Positions 18,801-28,558 of a DNA stretch of 64,000 bases are shown piece after piece. Each line of letters opens with the position of its first letter. Position 1 is the first letter of the stretch. The translations under genes and the position numbers were made by a program. Source of the DNA: a virus (Duplodnaviria > Caudoviricetes); the IMG/VR virus record IMGVR_UViG_3300037067_006298, positions 1-64,000 of that record, one strand, 5' to 3'. Under the pieces are notes generated by a model that had not been told where the DNA came from, searched no databases, and saw only the letters and a list, made by a program, of their open reading frames with translations.

Positions 18801-21800
18801 CATTGGCTCCTCTATCAATACGATTAGTAATATCCTTTACATTATTTTCAGCATTATTTCTGAGTCCTTCTTCAAATTTCCCTACATCTTCACGTAACTG
18901 CTTCGACTCTTCAAATGTGATCTCTCCCTTGTCAAGAGCATCCAATACTTGATCTATCTCAGTGTATGTCTTGTCTTTGAACTTAATGCCTTGTGGTGTT
19001 GGTTCGGCTTTCTTTTCAGCGATAGGTGCTTCTATTACAGAAGGTGTCCCTGCCTTTACCTCTTTTGCATAATAGTATTCCTTCAGAAGTTTCTCCGATG
19101 CCTTGGCAATATCACCTCTTCCATCCATTAACTTCTTGCCACTCATGTCAAAGAACTGATAGACTCCTTTTTTTTGTACTACCTTGACCACGGGTTGCCC
19201 GTTTTTATTCTGCAACCAAAAGCCTTCCGGATTCTTTACTGCACTCCATCCGTATTTTGATACTGCATCATTGAGAACATTAGCCTCGGCGACTCTCTCT
19301 GCTCTTTTTTCAGCGACTCTTTTTTTTGCTTCTTCCGATGATATGGATTGTCTTCTTTGCAACTCATCATTTATAGAGGTGTATCTGTCGTGTTCTGTCT
19401 GAGTTAACGTACCAATACCTGAATTACTCCCAGTTAGCGGAGTATTGCTATTGATGATATTTTGTTCTCGTTCCTTAATTAGTTTACTGATAGCATCGCT
19501 TTCGGTATTCAATTCCACATCAGACATTTCGGCAATTGGTTTCCCCTTGACAGGTTCTTTAAATCCCAAAGTCTGTTGTTTCAAAATTTCTCCGATCTTG
19601 GATTCTCTCTCTTTATTGAGTGCATCAATCTCTTTCGTGAGTTGTGCCTGTCTTTCTTCAAAAGGTTTCCTTACTGCCTCCAATGACACGTTAAATCCCT
19701 GTTCTTCTCTCTTTATTATCTCATCCTTTTCGATAGGTGTCATGTCGCCGAATATCCCATTGCGTTCATTAGCCTTCTTTATTGCACGGTCAATCTGATT
19801 AGGGATGCTTTCAAGTTCTTTCTGCTTATCGACAATCTTAGTGTCGTATTCCTTGTCAATAACCTCTATTTGCCTTTGTTTAACAGGGTCGGTTGTTCTG
19901 ACAGGTTTTTCTTCACCTTTTGCAATAACTGGTTTTTGTACTGCTTCTGCGCTTCCTGGTAACTGATTTTCTTCTCCCTTGCTAATTGGAGGATTTGGTT
20001 CGTTGTTGACTGGTTTTTCATTAGATATAGGTTCGTTCTTTAATTCTTGTTCTTTTCTTGCTTTTATTTCAAGTTTCTTTTTTGCAGTCCATTCAGATAT
20101 TGCACGGACTTCATCAATCCCGGGCCACGATGTTGTTTCTCTATCAAACCATCCGGTGTTGATTTCTCCTTGTTCGTTAATTGCCACCTTGTCAAGGTGG
20201 TCAAATAGTTCTTGTTTGTTCTTATAAGTAACTCCTTCTACAACTAACTCTTTCGGAGTTCCTTCATCTTTTCCACGTGCTTCTTGGCCTTCAGGTAACT
20301 TATTGCTGCTGCCTCGATTGACTGCTTGCGCACCGGCTTCTTCGTCTGCCCATGCTTGTTCTGATTTAAGTCTGTCTTTGTACTCATCTTCAAAGTGTTT
20401 TTTATAGTCCTGTAACTCTGATTTATCAATTAATCCTGATTCAACTGCTTTGTCAAGTTGTTCTAATCCGAATCCTCCATTTTCTTCAACAAAAGCATTG
20501 AATTTTTTATCATTAATCTGAGTAGTTAGTTCTTTTGCGGGTATTTCTATTTCCGGTTGCGCTTCTCCCCTGAACTTCATTGCACCTGTCTTATACATAT
20601 CTCCAAGTGCATCAACTACTCTCTGGGTGTTCTGATTAGTCTTTCCTGCAAGCAAGTCATCTACTGCCTTATCTAATGCTTCCCCATATACCGGAATGTC
20701 TAATCCGTACAGGTGTTCTTTCGCTTTCAGTAAGGTTGCGGTAAACTTCTTTTGTTCTACATCGGGTATATCATCAAGTTTCTGGTATTCTCCTTTTGTC
20801 GCAGTTCTTTTTATATTCTTGCCATTGCTATTAATAATAGTCAAGTCAGTTCCTTCCATCTTCATCTGATGTCCTGATTCTGGAAGTAATCCCTGTATTT
20901 GGCGCATCACGGCTGCACGTTTCTTATTGTATGACTTTGGAATAGAATTATATTCATCCCTGAGATCGGCAAGTCTATCATTCAATCTGGCTTTCTTTGC
21001 TTCCGGTGTTTCTTTTGGTGCTTCTGTGGGTTTCCATTTAGAAAGCATCTCGTCCCTTTTTGCTGCAACCACTTCTTTCGTGCTACCTTCTGGTACTAAC
21101 ATCTGAGTTCTTGCACCATTTGGAGTTGTTACATCATAAGCATCCCATTTTTTACCCTCACCGTAATCCTGTGTCCCTGCGGGATTAATTCCAAGTTCCT
21201 TCCCTATTTCTTCAGGAGTTTGTGCTTTTACTTCTTCTTTTGGTGTAATTTCATTTTCTTTTTCCTTTGCTACTGATTCTGGTACTTTTAATTCTCCAAT
21301 ATTTAATGAAGTTGTACCCTTGTCTTTTACTTCATATTTTTCCAAAGGTGTACTAAAAATGTCTATACGTGCTTTCTTTGCCTCCTTAATCTGGTTCTCT
21401 AATGCTTCAATCTTTGCTGCTTTAACGTCTGGTTCAATGTCGGTTTTTTCATTCCAATAACCAAGTTCATTTTCCAGACTCTTTATGTTTTCAGAGATAG
21501 GTTGAGATTCGAGTATTCTCGGATCAACCATATTTACAGTATTGTTAATCTTATTTGTCCAAATCTTCTTTTCTCTGGCAGACAATGTCTGGTCTGAATT
21601 GATATTCTCGATAAATGCTTTTGGATTTTTAAGTATTTGATTTGTCGTGAAGGCAATATCAATGGTATTATCAACTATGTTTTTTTGCCACAATAACTTA
21701 TCCTTCTGTTCTCCCTCGTATTTCTTTGATTTCTCATAGAGTTCATTCGATTCCTTTCTTAATTTGAATGGATCAATTTTCTGTGAAGCAACCATGCGGA

Positions 21801-23334
21801 TATTATTATCTGTGGCAGTCATCCAGTTTAGCATTGCCTTTTTTTGCATACCTGCCTTAATCGCTTCGGGTGCTCCAAGTGCTGAAAATGCAAGTCCTTC
21901 CAGTAATCCTTGTTTTGCACTACCCCCCTGTGCTGCGGTTATCCCTCCAAATCCGAGTGAATTTGCAAGAACTTCTGCGGATTTTGATGTCCACATACCG
22001 GCACCAATACTTTTACTGATTTCTCCAATCTCTTTGGCCCAAACACCGAGTCCATTATAAACCATACCCTGTGCTGCTGTCTCTAAGCTGGTGGGTACTA
22101 TTTCTTTTAACTTCTTCCCTTGCTTTGCTTCTTCGATATAAGTCTTTGTTCCAAGATATGCAGGAAATTTAATCATGCCCTGCAACCCATATTTAGCGAG
22201 CAATGGGGCTTTCATTTCTGGCAGCATACTCATTCCTATCAGATCTGGAATAAACGCACCGGTGCTTTCCAATGCACGTCCCCATTCATTATTTGGAGTA
22301 CGTGTCTTTACTGCACTGTCAAGCCATTTGGCTGCACCTTCATATCCTTCTTTCATTATGGAAGACTGATTGCCGTACATGCCATTATCAATAGCGGAAG
22401 CAACTTGTTCCATGTATTTCTGAGTAGTTTCAGAATCGTATCCTTTTAATTTGGCACCAACTTTAACACCTGTCATTGCTGCCTCTTTCTTCATTTGCTC
22501 CGGGACTTCATTTAGGATATAACCAATATCCCGAATCATATTAGCAGTACCCTTATAAATTCCATTTATTACTGCCCCTGTATAAGATTCTCTGTACTGC
22601 GGTGTTGGTTTATAGAGTCCTGCATCTTCCAATTTCTTATCAAAGTCAATTTTCTCATCAACGTCAATAAGTCTATCGGTATTAACATCAGGTTTTAACC
22701 CAACAACATCAGGTGTGACTCCTCTTTTTTTCAAATAATCATCAACGGTAAAAAGATATGGTTCCCTAACATCAAGTTTTGCAAGGGTTTTATCAACTGG
22801 AGTTGTGGTTTCTTCCGGTTTCTTTTCCTTTATTTCTTTTAAGGAAGGGACTTCTTTTACCTCTTTTGGTTTCCCAATAGTTTCCGGTTCTCCCATTTGA
22901 CGTGGATTAATTCCGGTTTGTTCAGAAATATCTTCTACCTCTTTGCCCAAAGGGATACCCAATGCTTTAGAAACATCAGTCCAATGAGGATATTGAAGTG
23001 TCTCGGGATTATCTATCTGTTCTGGATTTGCTTCTTTGGAAGTATTGCTTTCCAGTTTCGGAATGTCACCTGCTACTTTTGAAAAAATGTCTCCAAGAAT
23101 TTTTGAACTCGGCAAACCATATTCTGAAACGTCTTTTTTTTTTAATCCAAGATCAGAGACAAAGGTTTCGTAATCCGGCATCTCATATTTATCTGCCACC
23201 AAAGCATCATAAAAGGTTTTTGATTTTGCGGGATCTTTTAATGTCTGTTCAAATGTAGCATAGTCAGGTACTCCATAATTGGACTTTACCAGACTCTCGT
23301 GAAATGCCTCTAATTTCGGATTGTTATTTTCCAT
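15841..23334 (-). CDS. giant internal virion/DNA ejection protein (2497 aa)
   Basis: Third of three genes after tail tip; N-terminal PDY.TF..L repeats; C-terminal region resembling large-polyvalent-protein domains; no DxDGD RNAP motif seen. Confidence 0.65.
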   Translation of the reverse strand: MENNNPKLEAFHESLVKSNYGVPDYATFEQTLKDPAKSKTFYDALVADKYEMPDYETFVSDLGLKKKDVSEYGLPSSKILGDIFSKVAGDIPKLESNTSKEANPEQIDNPETLQYPHWTDVSKALGIPLGKEVEDISEQTGINPRQMGEPETIGKPKEVKEVPSLKEIKEKKPEETTTPVDKTLAKLDVREPYLFTVDDYLKKRGVTPDVVGLKPDVNTDRLIDVDEKIDFDKKLEDAGLYKPTPQYRESYTGAVINGIYKGTANMIRDIGYILNEVPEQMKKEAAMTGVKVGAKLKGYDSETTQKYMEQVASAIDNGMYGNQSSIMKEGYEGAAKWLDSAVKTRTPNNEWGRALESTGAFIPDLIGMSMLPEMKAPLLAKYGLQGMIKFPAYLGTKTYIEEAKQGKKLKEIVPTSLETAAQGMVYNGLGVWAKEIGEISKSIGAGMWTSKSAEVLANSLGFGGITAAQGGSAKQGLLEGLAFSALGAPEAIKAGMQKKAMLNWMTATDNNIRMVASQKIDPFKLRKESNELYEKSKKYEGEQKDKLLWQKNIVDNTIDIAFTTNQILKNPKAFIENINSDQTLSAREKKIWTNKINNTVNMVDPRILESQPISENIKSLENELGYWNEKTDIEPDVKAAKIEALENQIKEAKKARIDIFSTPLEKYEVKDKGTTSLNIGELKVPESVAKEKENEITPKEEVKAQTPEEIGKELGINPAGTQDYGEGKKWDAYDVTTPNGARTQMLVPEGSTKEVVAAKRDEMLSKWKPTEAPKETPEAKKARLNDRLADLRDEYNSIPKSYNKKRAAVMRQIQGLLPESGHQMKMEGTDLTIINSNGKNIKRTATKGEYQKLDDIPDVEQKKFTATLLKAKEHLYGLDIPVYGEALDKAVDDLLAGKTNQNTQRVVDALGDMYKTGAMKFRGEAQPEIEIPAKELTTQINDKKFNAFVEENGGFGLEQLDKAVESGLIDKSELQDYKKHFEDEYKDRLKSEQAWADEEAGAQAVNRGSSNKLPEGQEARGKDEGTPKELVVEGVTYKNKQELFDHLDKVAINEQGEINTGWFDRETTSWPGIDEVRAISEWTAKKKLEIKARKEQELKNEPISNEKPVNNEPNPPISKGEENQLPGSAEAVQKPVIAKGEEKPVRTTDPVKQRQIEVIDKEYDTKIVDKQKELESIPNQIDRAIKKANERNGIFGDMTPIEKDEIIKREEQGFNVSLEAVRKPFEERQAQLTKEIDALNKERESKIGEILKQQTLGFKEPVKGKPIAEMSDVELNTESDAISKLIKEREQNIINSNTPLTGSNSGIGTLTQTEHDRYTSINDELQRRQSISSEEAKKRVAEKRAERVAEANVLNDAVSKYGWSAVKNPEGFWLQNKNGQPVVKVVQKKGVYQFFDMSGKKLMDGRGDIAKASEKLLKEYYYAKEVKAGTPSVIEAPIAEKKAEPTPQGIKFKDKTYTEIDQVLDALDKGEITFEESKQLREDVGKFEEGLRNNAENNVKDITNRIDRGANDIEDQIKKDIDDKNSELHMKLFPDLWSKAGTAQWKVLDPVRTALANTIAKQLKKGVTSQSDELRWSTKVLTNLYNGLLRTQKDMHGSGIPGQIGKLEMSGAREYGKYKARNLLDSWRAMVKGDWDSLVRVWSVLDPTLATKPTENPLTYGDLGLAEKNLYFALKEWMTWGHEITYANGLIPTKTYLKFKDVTGSSNYIARMYDKFEMDILSDPAIREFAERGNDSYTSKIAADIYKARKELNGVVEINGHEYDSIEALKEARDNGEITSEQYTESKDVVKSDEWRREHAIKDPTYIVAKRIMQTIQNVAIKQYMDAVITNHPEYVLTLPKNAEIPKGFRRMGSSYAWGPFRNKVVANHIVEDFTGFFYQNALVNTTYDAVKMLDRTKLNQFYKKYRTVYNPFVQTGNITGNVFFATINGINPFMFIKGMYDNRNISKRNPALYESLLKAGYIGPVAMTGELKPLDILNPEQGAFGKFDEFATKAYVGADNLAKISAYQIYRRQGLTHEQAIRRGYDAFQNYATVGKTWDIASKIPLFGPTFVKFQADLQRILVNNMLTTPLTTIGTVMMIKMLGNLSSALSGETEEEQMIREQRKGVPRIPFVDIPLSFKVGKREVNVARYLSPLYLYNRGDSEMELSELSKFMPIQFQQKEEGKMFPLPAFADATWGWLGSVIADKDFRGMSISDPKKTAFTDPNTPTEIKVWNVINYALRSQMPFYKGTRDVIAGATGQLDYYGRKRTWFDAIINNVIKIQQFDKPEIKNYVERNLNYLTSKYASLATKMGDAQSVFYKTIKEAEDKELSPEAQESIYKAAVKLRDKSIGKSLEEQIPVYQEIERLTEVYKKWYPNDQYLQDNYMNIESGKNQRFNVLDGIDLQKNYPEEYSLLKKNNLIKRPEIPKYWQGKALTDEEKKAYSNIYWSEYIRILDSRDLLNQEGMDEMGGRISRREKVDTPSGIKEVSRLQDMANDAALRARMLADREFRKTKQ

Positions 23335-23336
23335 CT

Positions 23337-24710
23337 CTATTTAGATTTTGGAATATATGGTTTTGTTGGTTTGCTCCAAAAGTTAGTCGGCAATGGAAGT
23401 TTCTTTGGAGTTACTGTTTCTTCTTTTGGCAGAATGTCTTTCAATGTCTTCATCTTCCCATCTACCTTTATTGGAAGTTTCTCTGCATCTGGTACATTTT
23501 TACGAGGAACTGCAAAGGTGGTGTTATTCTGTACCCATGGGTTCTGTGCTGCCTGTCCTGAACGGAAAATAAGCATATCTGTCTTAGGATCATAGAACCT
23601 CAGTTCAGCTTCAACGTCATCACCTCCTTTTATTTCATGCCATCCATCATCTCCCTTTGCAGGGTTAGGGTCTGAGTCATGTTGATAACCTCCTGCTGTT
23701 GGAACTTTAAACGTTTTGGTTGCAGTAAAGTCATATCTCTCGTTGTAATTTCTGCCTCCATAGATATTATCGTTCTTATGAAGTTCTCCCGGCGTGACTT
23801 TTGCCTGAGTACCAAGAAAGTTAAAGTTCAATCCTCCACCACCACCTGTTCCTTTTACTTTATCACTAAACTTTTGTGCCTGTTCAGGAAGTGAACTATC
23901 TATAAAGTATTCTTCAGGTGTTGCCATTGCAAGTGTTGAGTTTGGATCTTCTTTTTTGATACGTTCATGGTTTAAGGTAATTGATCTTTTTACAGATTCA
24001 TCGGCTTCCTGATACATCTGTTTAGCTGTTGCTCTTGCTTCGGCTATTTTCTCTGGAGTCCATACGGTTTCCTGTTTTTGCCTTGTAACTCCTGTTTCAT
24101 CAGTATAATCAACAGTTCGTGTATCGAGTACTGGCATCCTTTGTTTATTCTTTTGTACATACTCGTACATATCGGTCAACTTTGGTTTTTCTACAAGTAT
24201 CTTATTAAGATTAAGGTTCCGTGCTATTATCTCGTTATTATTTAACTCTTTTTGAATATTGTCCATGGTAGCACCAATCTCGAACTGTTCAGGATTTTGT
24301 TTAACCATTTGAGTAATTAAATCAATTGCCTCTTTATTTCTTCCCCAAGTATCAACTTTCTGTTTTAGTTTTGCATGTGCATCAGTAATGGCTTTAGACA
24401 TCATAACTTCATCAGATGTTCTTGGATTCATAAGATTCATACCTTTTCTACTCAGGTCTGAAAAGGTATTTAAAACCTTATCCTGATCTTCCATTATCTC
24501 CTTGAATCCTTTCTGATCCTCCCATCCTTTAAGGTCAACCATTAATTTATCCAATCCCTCGGCAGTATTCTTTTGGATTTGCTCTTGACGTTGTTTTTCC
24601 TGTTGGTATTTAGCAAGATTATGCCTTCTCGTGAACTCAATGGGATCATGTGATGATTCTCCAAGAAAGGGAGCTGCCTGAAAAGCTGGATCTATTGAAC
24701 CTTTTGCCAT
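23337..24710 (-). CDS. internal virion/ejection protein
   Basis: 457 aa helical protein between small and giant ejection-type genes. Confidence 0.55.
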   Translation of the reverse strand: MAKGSIDPAFQAAPFLGESSHDPIEFTRRHNLAKYQQEKQRQEQIQKNTAEGLDKLMVDLKGWEDQKGFKEIMEDQDKVLNTFSDLSRKGMNLMNPRTSDEVMMSKAITDAHAKLKQKVDTWGRNKEAIDLITQMVKQNPEQFEIGATMDNIQKELNNNEIIARNLNLNKILVEKPKLTDMYEYVQKNKQRMPVLDTRTVDYTDETGVTRQKQETVWTPEKIAEARATAKQMYQEADESVKRSITLNHERIKKEDPNSTLAMATPEEYFIDSSLPEQAQKFSDKVKGTGGGGGLNFNFLGTQAKVTPGELHKNDNIYGGRNYNERYDFTATKTFKVPTAGGYQHDSDPNPAKGDDGWHEIKGGDDVEAELRFYDPKTDMLIFRSGQAAQNPWVQNNTTFAVPRKNVPDAEKLPIKVDGKMKTLKDILPKEETVTPKKLPLPTNFWSKPTKPYIPKSK

Positions 24711-24785
24711 GGTATCTATTATTAAAAATCAGAATATCGCCATAATTCTTTTTTGACTTCTTCTATATTTATATTGATGTTATAA

Positions 24786-25502
24786 TTAATCACCTGTATC
24801 TCCTACTCCGGTACTTTTCCCTCTTACAGAATTTAATATTTTAGTTGCTTTAGCAATTTCTTCTGGCGTATATGTCGCAGCACCAACAGTTGATCCTCCG
24901 TTTAATAAAGAGGAATTAAAATCAGGAGAGATTAATTCTGCTGTCGATCCAAATGCGTTCTTTACTCCTGCAAATATATTCTGAGTCCCGGAATTTCTTA
25001 ACTGTGATGCCATTGCTGCTGCCTGTTGATACGGTTGTGCCTTATTGTAATCCCATACCCTGTTTTCTTCACCGGCTTTTACTCCAAGTGCGTTCATGTA
25101 TTCTCCCTTTGAACTTTGGACTTGCTGTGCGGTTAGTTTTGCCAAGTCTCCAAATGAGTTTTGTTCCCTTCCGACCATTTCTCCAAGTGCACCATAAGCC
25201 TCTGCGCCTGATCCGAGTTCTGATGCCTGTCTCAATCCTGCTGCGGTGGCTCCTTTGATCTCATTACGATACATTTCACCGCCAGGGATATCCTGATTAA
25301 GGGTTTGCCCATAGGCATAATTAGTAAGTTTGTTCACACTTGGAGCAATCTCTGCAACAGGTCTCTTGTATTGTTCTTCGAGTGCATTTGCCTTCTTTAA
25401 TTGAGATGCGCCCGTAATACCTTGATATATCGAGGGCACTAAATTAAGTACCTGAGAAATAATTGCTGCTGTCCCTAACATGGCTTTAAATATTACGTTC
25501 AC
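24786..25502 (-). CDS. Gly/Ala-rich internal virion/ejection protein
   Basis: Hydrophobic Gly/Ala N-terminus, Q/A-rich core; position directly after tail tip gene as in podoviruses. Confidence 0.6.
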   Translation of the reverse strand: MNVIFKAMLGTAAIISQVLNLVPSIYQGITGASQLKKANALEEQYKRPVAEIAPSVNKLTNYAYGQTLNQDIPGGEMYRNEIKGATAAGLRQASELGSGAEAYGALGEMVGREQNSFGDLAKLTAQQVQSSKGEYMNALGVKAGEENRVWDYNKAQPYQQAAAMASQLRNSGTQNIFAGVKNAFGSTAELISPDFNSSLLNGGSTVGAATYTPEEIAKATKILNSVRGKSTGVGDTGD

Positions 25503-28128
25503 TTAATGTTGAAAATATCACAACCGAATCAACTCTTACTTTTTCTGTGTGTTCATCAGTAGTAAGTTTTACAAAACAATATCTTCCTCTCATCTCTCGT
25601 CCATTTAACTTCTTACTTATTGTAGATGCAAATACACCTTTTGAGTTCTCGTCCCGCATTATCTTTCCATAATAAATTCCTTCCCTTCGATCAAATATAG
25701 GGATATTGGTTTCCATTATCTCATTAACTGCTGATGCTTCTTCTGGAATATAGGTAGATTTAGTAACGGATTCCAATAAGTGATCTGCGATAACGGCAAT
25801 GGCATTGAACACTTTATTTTTAGATGGTTCCATATTAGAAACAACTTCAAATTCTGCTTCGGTATCCGTTCCTGCCCACGATAAGAAATCCTGTCCTTCG
25901 TCTATGTTCATAATCCACAATTTCTGATTATACAAATGTGCGAAAAAATTCCCTAAGTGAAGGTAACTTTCCGTGATTTGATCTATCTCAGAAATATAAC
26001 GTCCTTTTTTCTCACTGAAAATGATACCCTTAACAGTACTTCCGATACGGAACGTGATCCATACTTCTTCAAAATCGTTATTTGCTCCAATATTCACAAC
26101 CAGAGATGAACGGCTACCGTCTGAATGAATCCATTTAGATAAGTCCTTGAACCATCTTGACATCTTATATTCTGCTCCCGATAGTGATATTTGCCCATTT
26201 GGAGCAGATCGGATAAATGCACCCTGTGAGTTATCCCAATAATACAGATTCCTCCCATTAACCGTGACACTATCTGGGTGTTGGCACCCATAATCTGTCT
26301 CCATAGGTCTTTGTTCTGCAAGGAACTTATCTGTGAGAGTGAATTGTTCTGTGCCATCAGGATTAAAGGTCTGTATCCGGTTAATGTAAATAGATGTCTC
26401 TTTATACATCTGGATAACCTTCAATGTGAATCCTACTTCCCTTAATCCTGTTATGTCTCCATTCTTCTTGGGAAGATCCATGAAGTCATCATAGGTGAAG
26501 TGTGCGATATTATTTGTCCGGGTTCCAGTTATAAGGAATCCACCATGTCTTATCCTTTCGTCAAGTACCGTCTGTCTCTGGCTCAAATCATCCAAGAACG
26601 GGAATCCTTGTGATGTGAGTTTATTGGAGATAATCTGATCTTTCCACCAATCACTCGGGAATATACTATCTGCCCAGAAAGGATAAATAATATTTGTTGA
26701 ATGCTTATAATTTAATCTTATTAATTTATAACAATCGTGTGCTGTATTATTAACTTCAGCAGGGGTAATTACAATTCCTTCGGCAGAAAAAGTTTGATCT
26801 ATATTCCCTTTATGATAACTATTTCCATTTGCATCTGTCGCAATATCAAATACCATTCCAGTACCATAAGGTGTTGTTATCCCTAATCCTTTTCGTGGAC
26901 GATAAACTTCAACTATTATATTTGTTGCACCCTCAAATATAGTAGGATGTTCTGCTGCCTGAACTATTAACCAATCTCCGCCCACTGCTTCTTCATCATA
27001 TTGCGTCCCCGTGGCTTCAATCTCGTAGTCATAAACGAAGTCGCTTCCGATAGCCTGTCCGTAACCGGTTCCTGCATCAATAGTCCCTACGAGTCTTAAA
27101 CGATCTCCTTCTTCCCATGAGTATGCGGGTACTTTCCATCTATTATTTTTGTTTTGAGTCCATTCAAACGTATCCGTGATATTTATAGAATACCGATTAT
27201 TTCCTAGTCCGTAAATATTATCTGCTCGTATTTGCATGAAATAGTCCATTGAGATATTTCCATAATAAACTATCTCATACGTTTCCGCCCATGATGGAGG
27301 TTTGTGAGATATCTTGAATTTAATAGCAACTCTTTCTTCTAATTTAGGACCACCTGATTCTGAATAGAAAGGGATATTGATGTTCATTAAATTTGTTTTC
27401 ATAACTGAACATTGTCTCCCTGCCCTATCCTTGTAAACAATGGCATATCCATGTGTAGCACCACATTTAAGATTATTAAAAGTTAAAGTGTATCCTTTTG
27501 GATATATAGATGCTTCATACACATAACCACTCATTGCCATATCTGGAAGAAAGAATAAAAAGATAGAATAATCTTGTTCAATTATTTGCTCCCACATATA
27601 GATTTGATTAGAAGGAGAACCTGCGACTACATCTATTCCTCCTCCTGTTAATGATGATTCTAGTCCTGCTTTTACATCAGTTAATGAATCCCCGATTCCT
27701 GGCACATAAGAACCAGAATACGATTCTCCTGCTGTGTTATTAATACTGACGTAATAAGTCGCTCCTTCATATATCTGATCGGGAATAACAAGTACTAATA
27801 CAACTTTTATAGTAGCATGGACACGTCCTCCACTCATAGGCACGAGCGTTCTTTCAGTCTCATAAGCATATAAAGCTAATCGTAATTGTGGATTAGTGCT
27901 CCCAATATCAATATATGTTATCTCACTGGATACCTGAATATCATCCACAACATCATAACCCTCGGTTATTTTTCCAAATACAAGTGCATTGCCTCCTACT
28001 AACTCCATCTGTCCTGCTATGATAGGGATATAAGTGAAGGGTTCTGCAACTATACTTGCATCTATTATCTCTTTTACCCTGTCATTGTAAAAGGATAAAT
28101 TATAATCCGAGTTATGACCTATTACCAT
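25486..28128 (-). CDS. tail tip (muzzle/stabilisation) protein, C-terminal part
   Basis: SFYND...PF.YIP..A..ME...N.LVFG...EGYD; YWDNSQG, LSG..YKMSRWF; C-terminal FNAI...REGIYYG.I.RD.NS...L.GREMRG. Confidence 0.7.
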   Translation of the reverse strand: MVIGHNSDYNLSFYNDRVKEIIDASIVAEPFTYIPIIAGQMELVGGNALVFGKITEGYDVVDDIQVSSEITYIDIGSTNPQLRLALYAYETERTLVPMSGGRVHATIKVVLVLVIPDQIYEGATYYVSINNTAGESYSGSYVPGIGDSLTDVKAGLESSLTGGGIDVVAGSPSNQIYMWEQIIEQDYSIFLFFLPDMAMSGYVYEASIYPKGYTLTFNNLKCGATHGYAIVYKDRAGRQCSVMKTNLMNINIPFYSESGGPKLEERVAIKFKISHKPPSWAETYEIVYYGNISMDYFMQIRADNIYGLGNNRYSINITDTFEWTQNKNNRWKVPAYSWEEGDRLRLVGTIDAGTGYGQAIGSDFVYDYEIEATGTQYDEEAVGGDWLIVQAAEHPTIFEGATNIIVEVYRPRKGLGITTPYGTGMVFDIATDANGNSYHKGNIDQTFSAEGIVITPAEVNNTAHDCYKLIRLNYKHSTNIIYPFWADSIFPSDWWKDQIISNKLTSQGFPFLDDLSQRQTVLDERIRHGGFLITGTRTNNIAHFTYDDFMDLPKKNGDITGLREVGFTLKVIQMYKETSIYINRIQTFNPDGTEQFTLTDKFLAEQRPMETDYGCQHPDSVTVNGRNLYYWDNSQGAFIRSAPNGQISLSGAEYKMSRWFKDLSKWIHSDGSRSSLVVNIGANNDFEEVWITFRIGSTVKGIIFSEKKGRYISEIDQITESYLHLGNFFAHLYNQKLWIMNIDEGQDFLSWAGTDTEAEFEVVSNMEPSKNKVFNAIAVIADHLLESVTKSTYIPEEASAVNEIMETNIPIFDRREGIYYGKIMRDENSKGVFASTISKKLNGREMRGRYCFVKLTTDEHTEKVRVDSVVIFSTLSERNI

Positions 28129-28137
28129 CTCGATAAA

Positions 28138-28554
28138 TTAACTTATATGAATAATACCAAGTGCGTTCCATTGGATTGTACTTGTTCCATTGGAAACTAT
28201 CTGGTTGGTCAAAAAGTCAATTTGTGCCCGTATTGGAGACGTTGCCGGATTTGTTGTGTCTTTATACAAGATACCATACCGGTAATTAAGGCTTGTGTTC
28301 GGGCCAATCACTTTATCTGTGGCATCAAGATAATAATTATTACCATCAGCCGTAGATGCTTTCCCTGCTATTGCGACACCTCCTGCGGTATATGCTCCCG
28401 ATGCTGCAACTTCGTTTGCGGAGACAGATGAGACATACTGTTGTGTCCCGGCATTAGGAACATGAGTACTGGTAAGTAACATGAGTTTCCATGTTTCTGC
28501 CACCCATACGTCAATAATCTCTTTTTTTACGAATTTAGGAATTAAACTTGCCAT
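28138..28554 (-). CDS. small fibre-associated structural protein
   Basis: KLMLLTS.H.P...Y......NEV..SG.YTAGG.A; family commonly preceding fibre genes. Confidence 0.55.
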   Translation of the reverse strand: MASLIPKFVKKEIIDVWVAETWKLMLLTSTHVPNAGTQQYVSSVSANEVAASGAYTAGGVAIAGKASTADGNNYYLDATDKVIGPNTSLNYRYGILYKDTTNPATSPIRAQIDFLTNQIVSNGTSTIQWNALGIIHIS

Positions 28555-28558
28555 AATT

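Noticed and set aside
15841-23334. Virion RNA polymerase as in Crassvirales
   Set aside because: No DxDGD/DFDID catalytic motif found by eye
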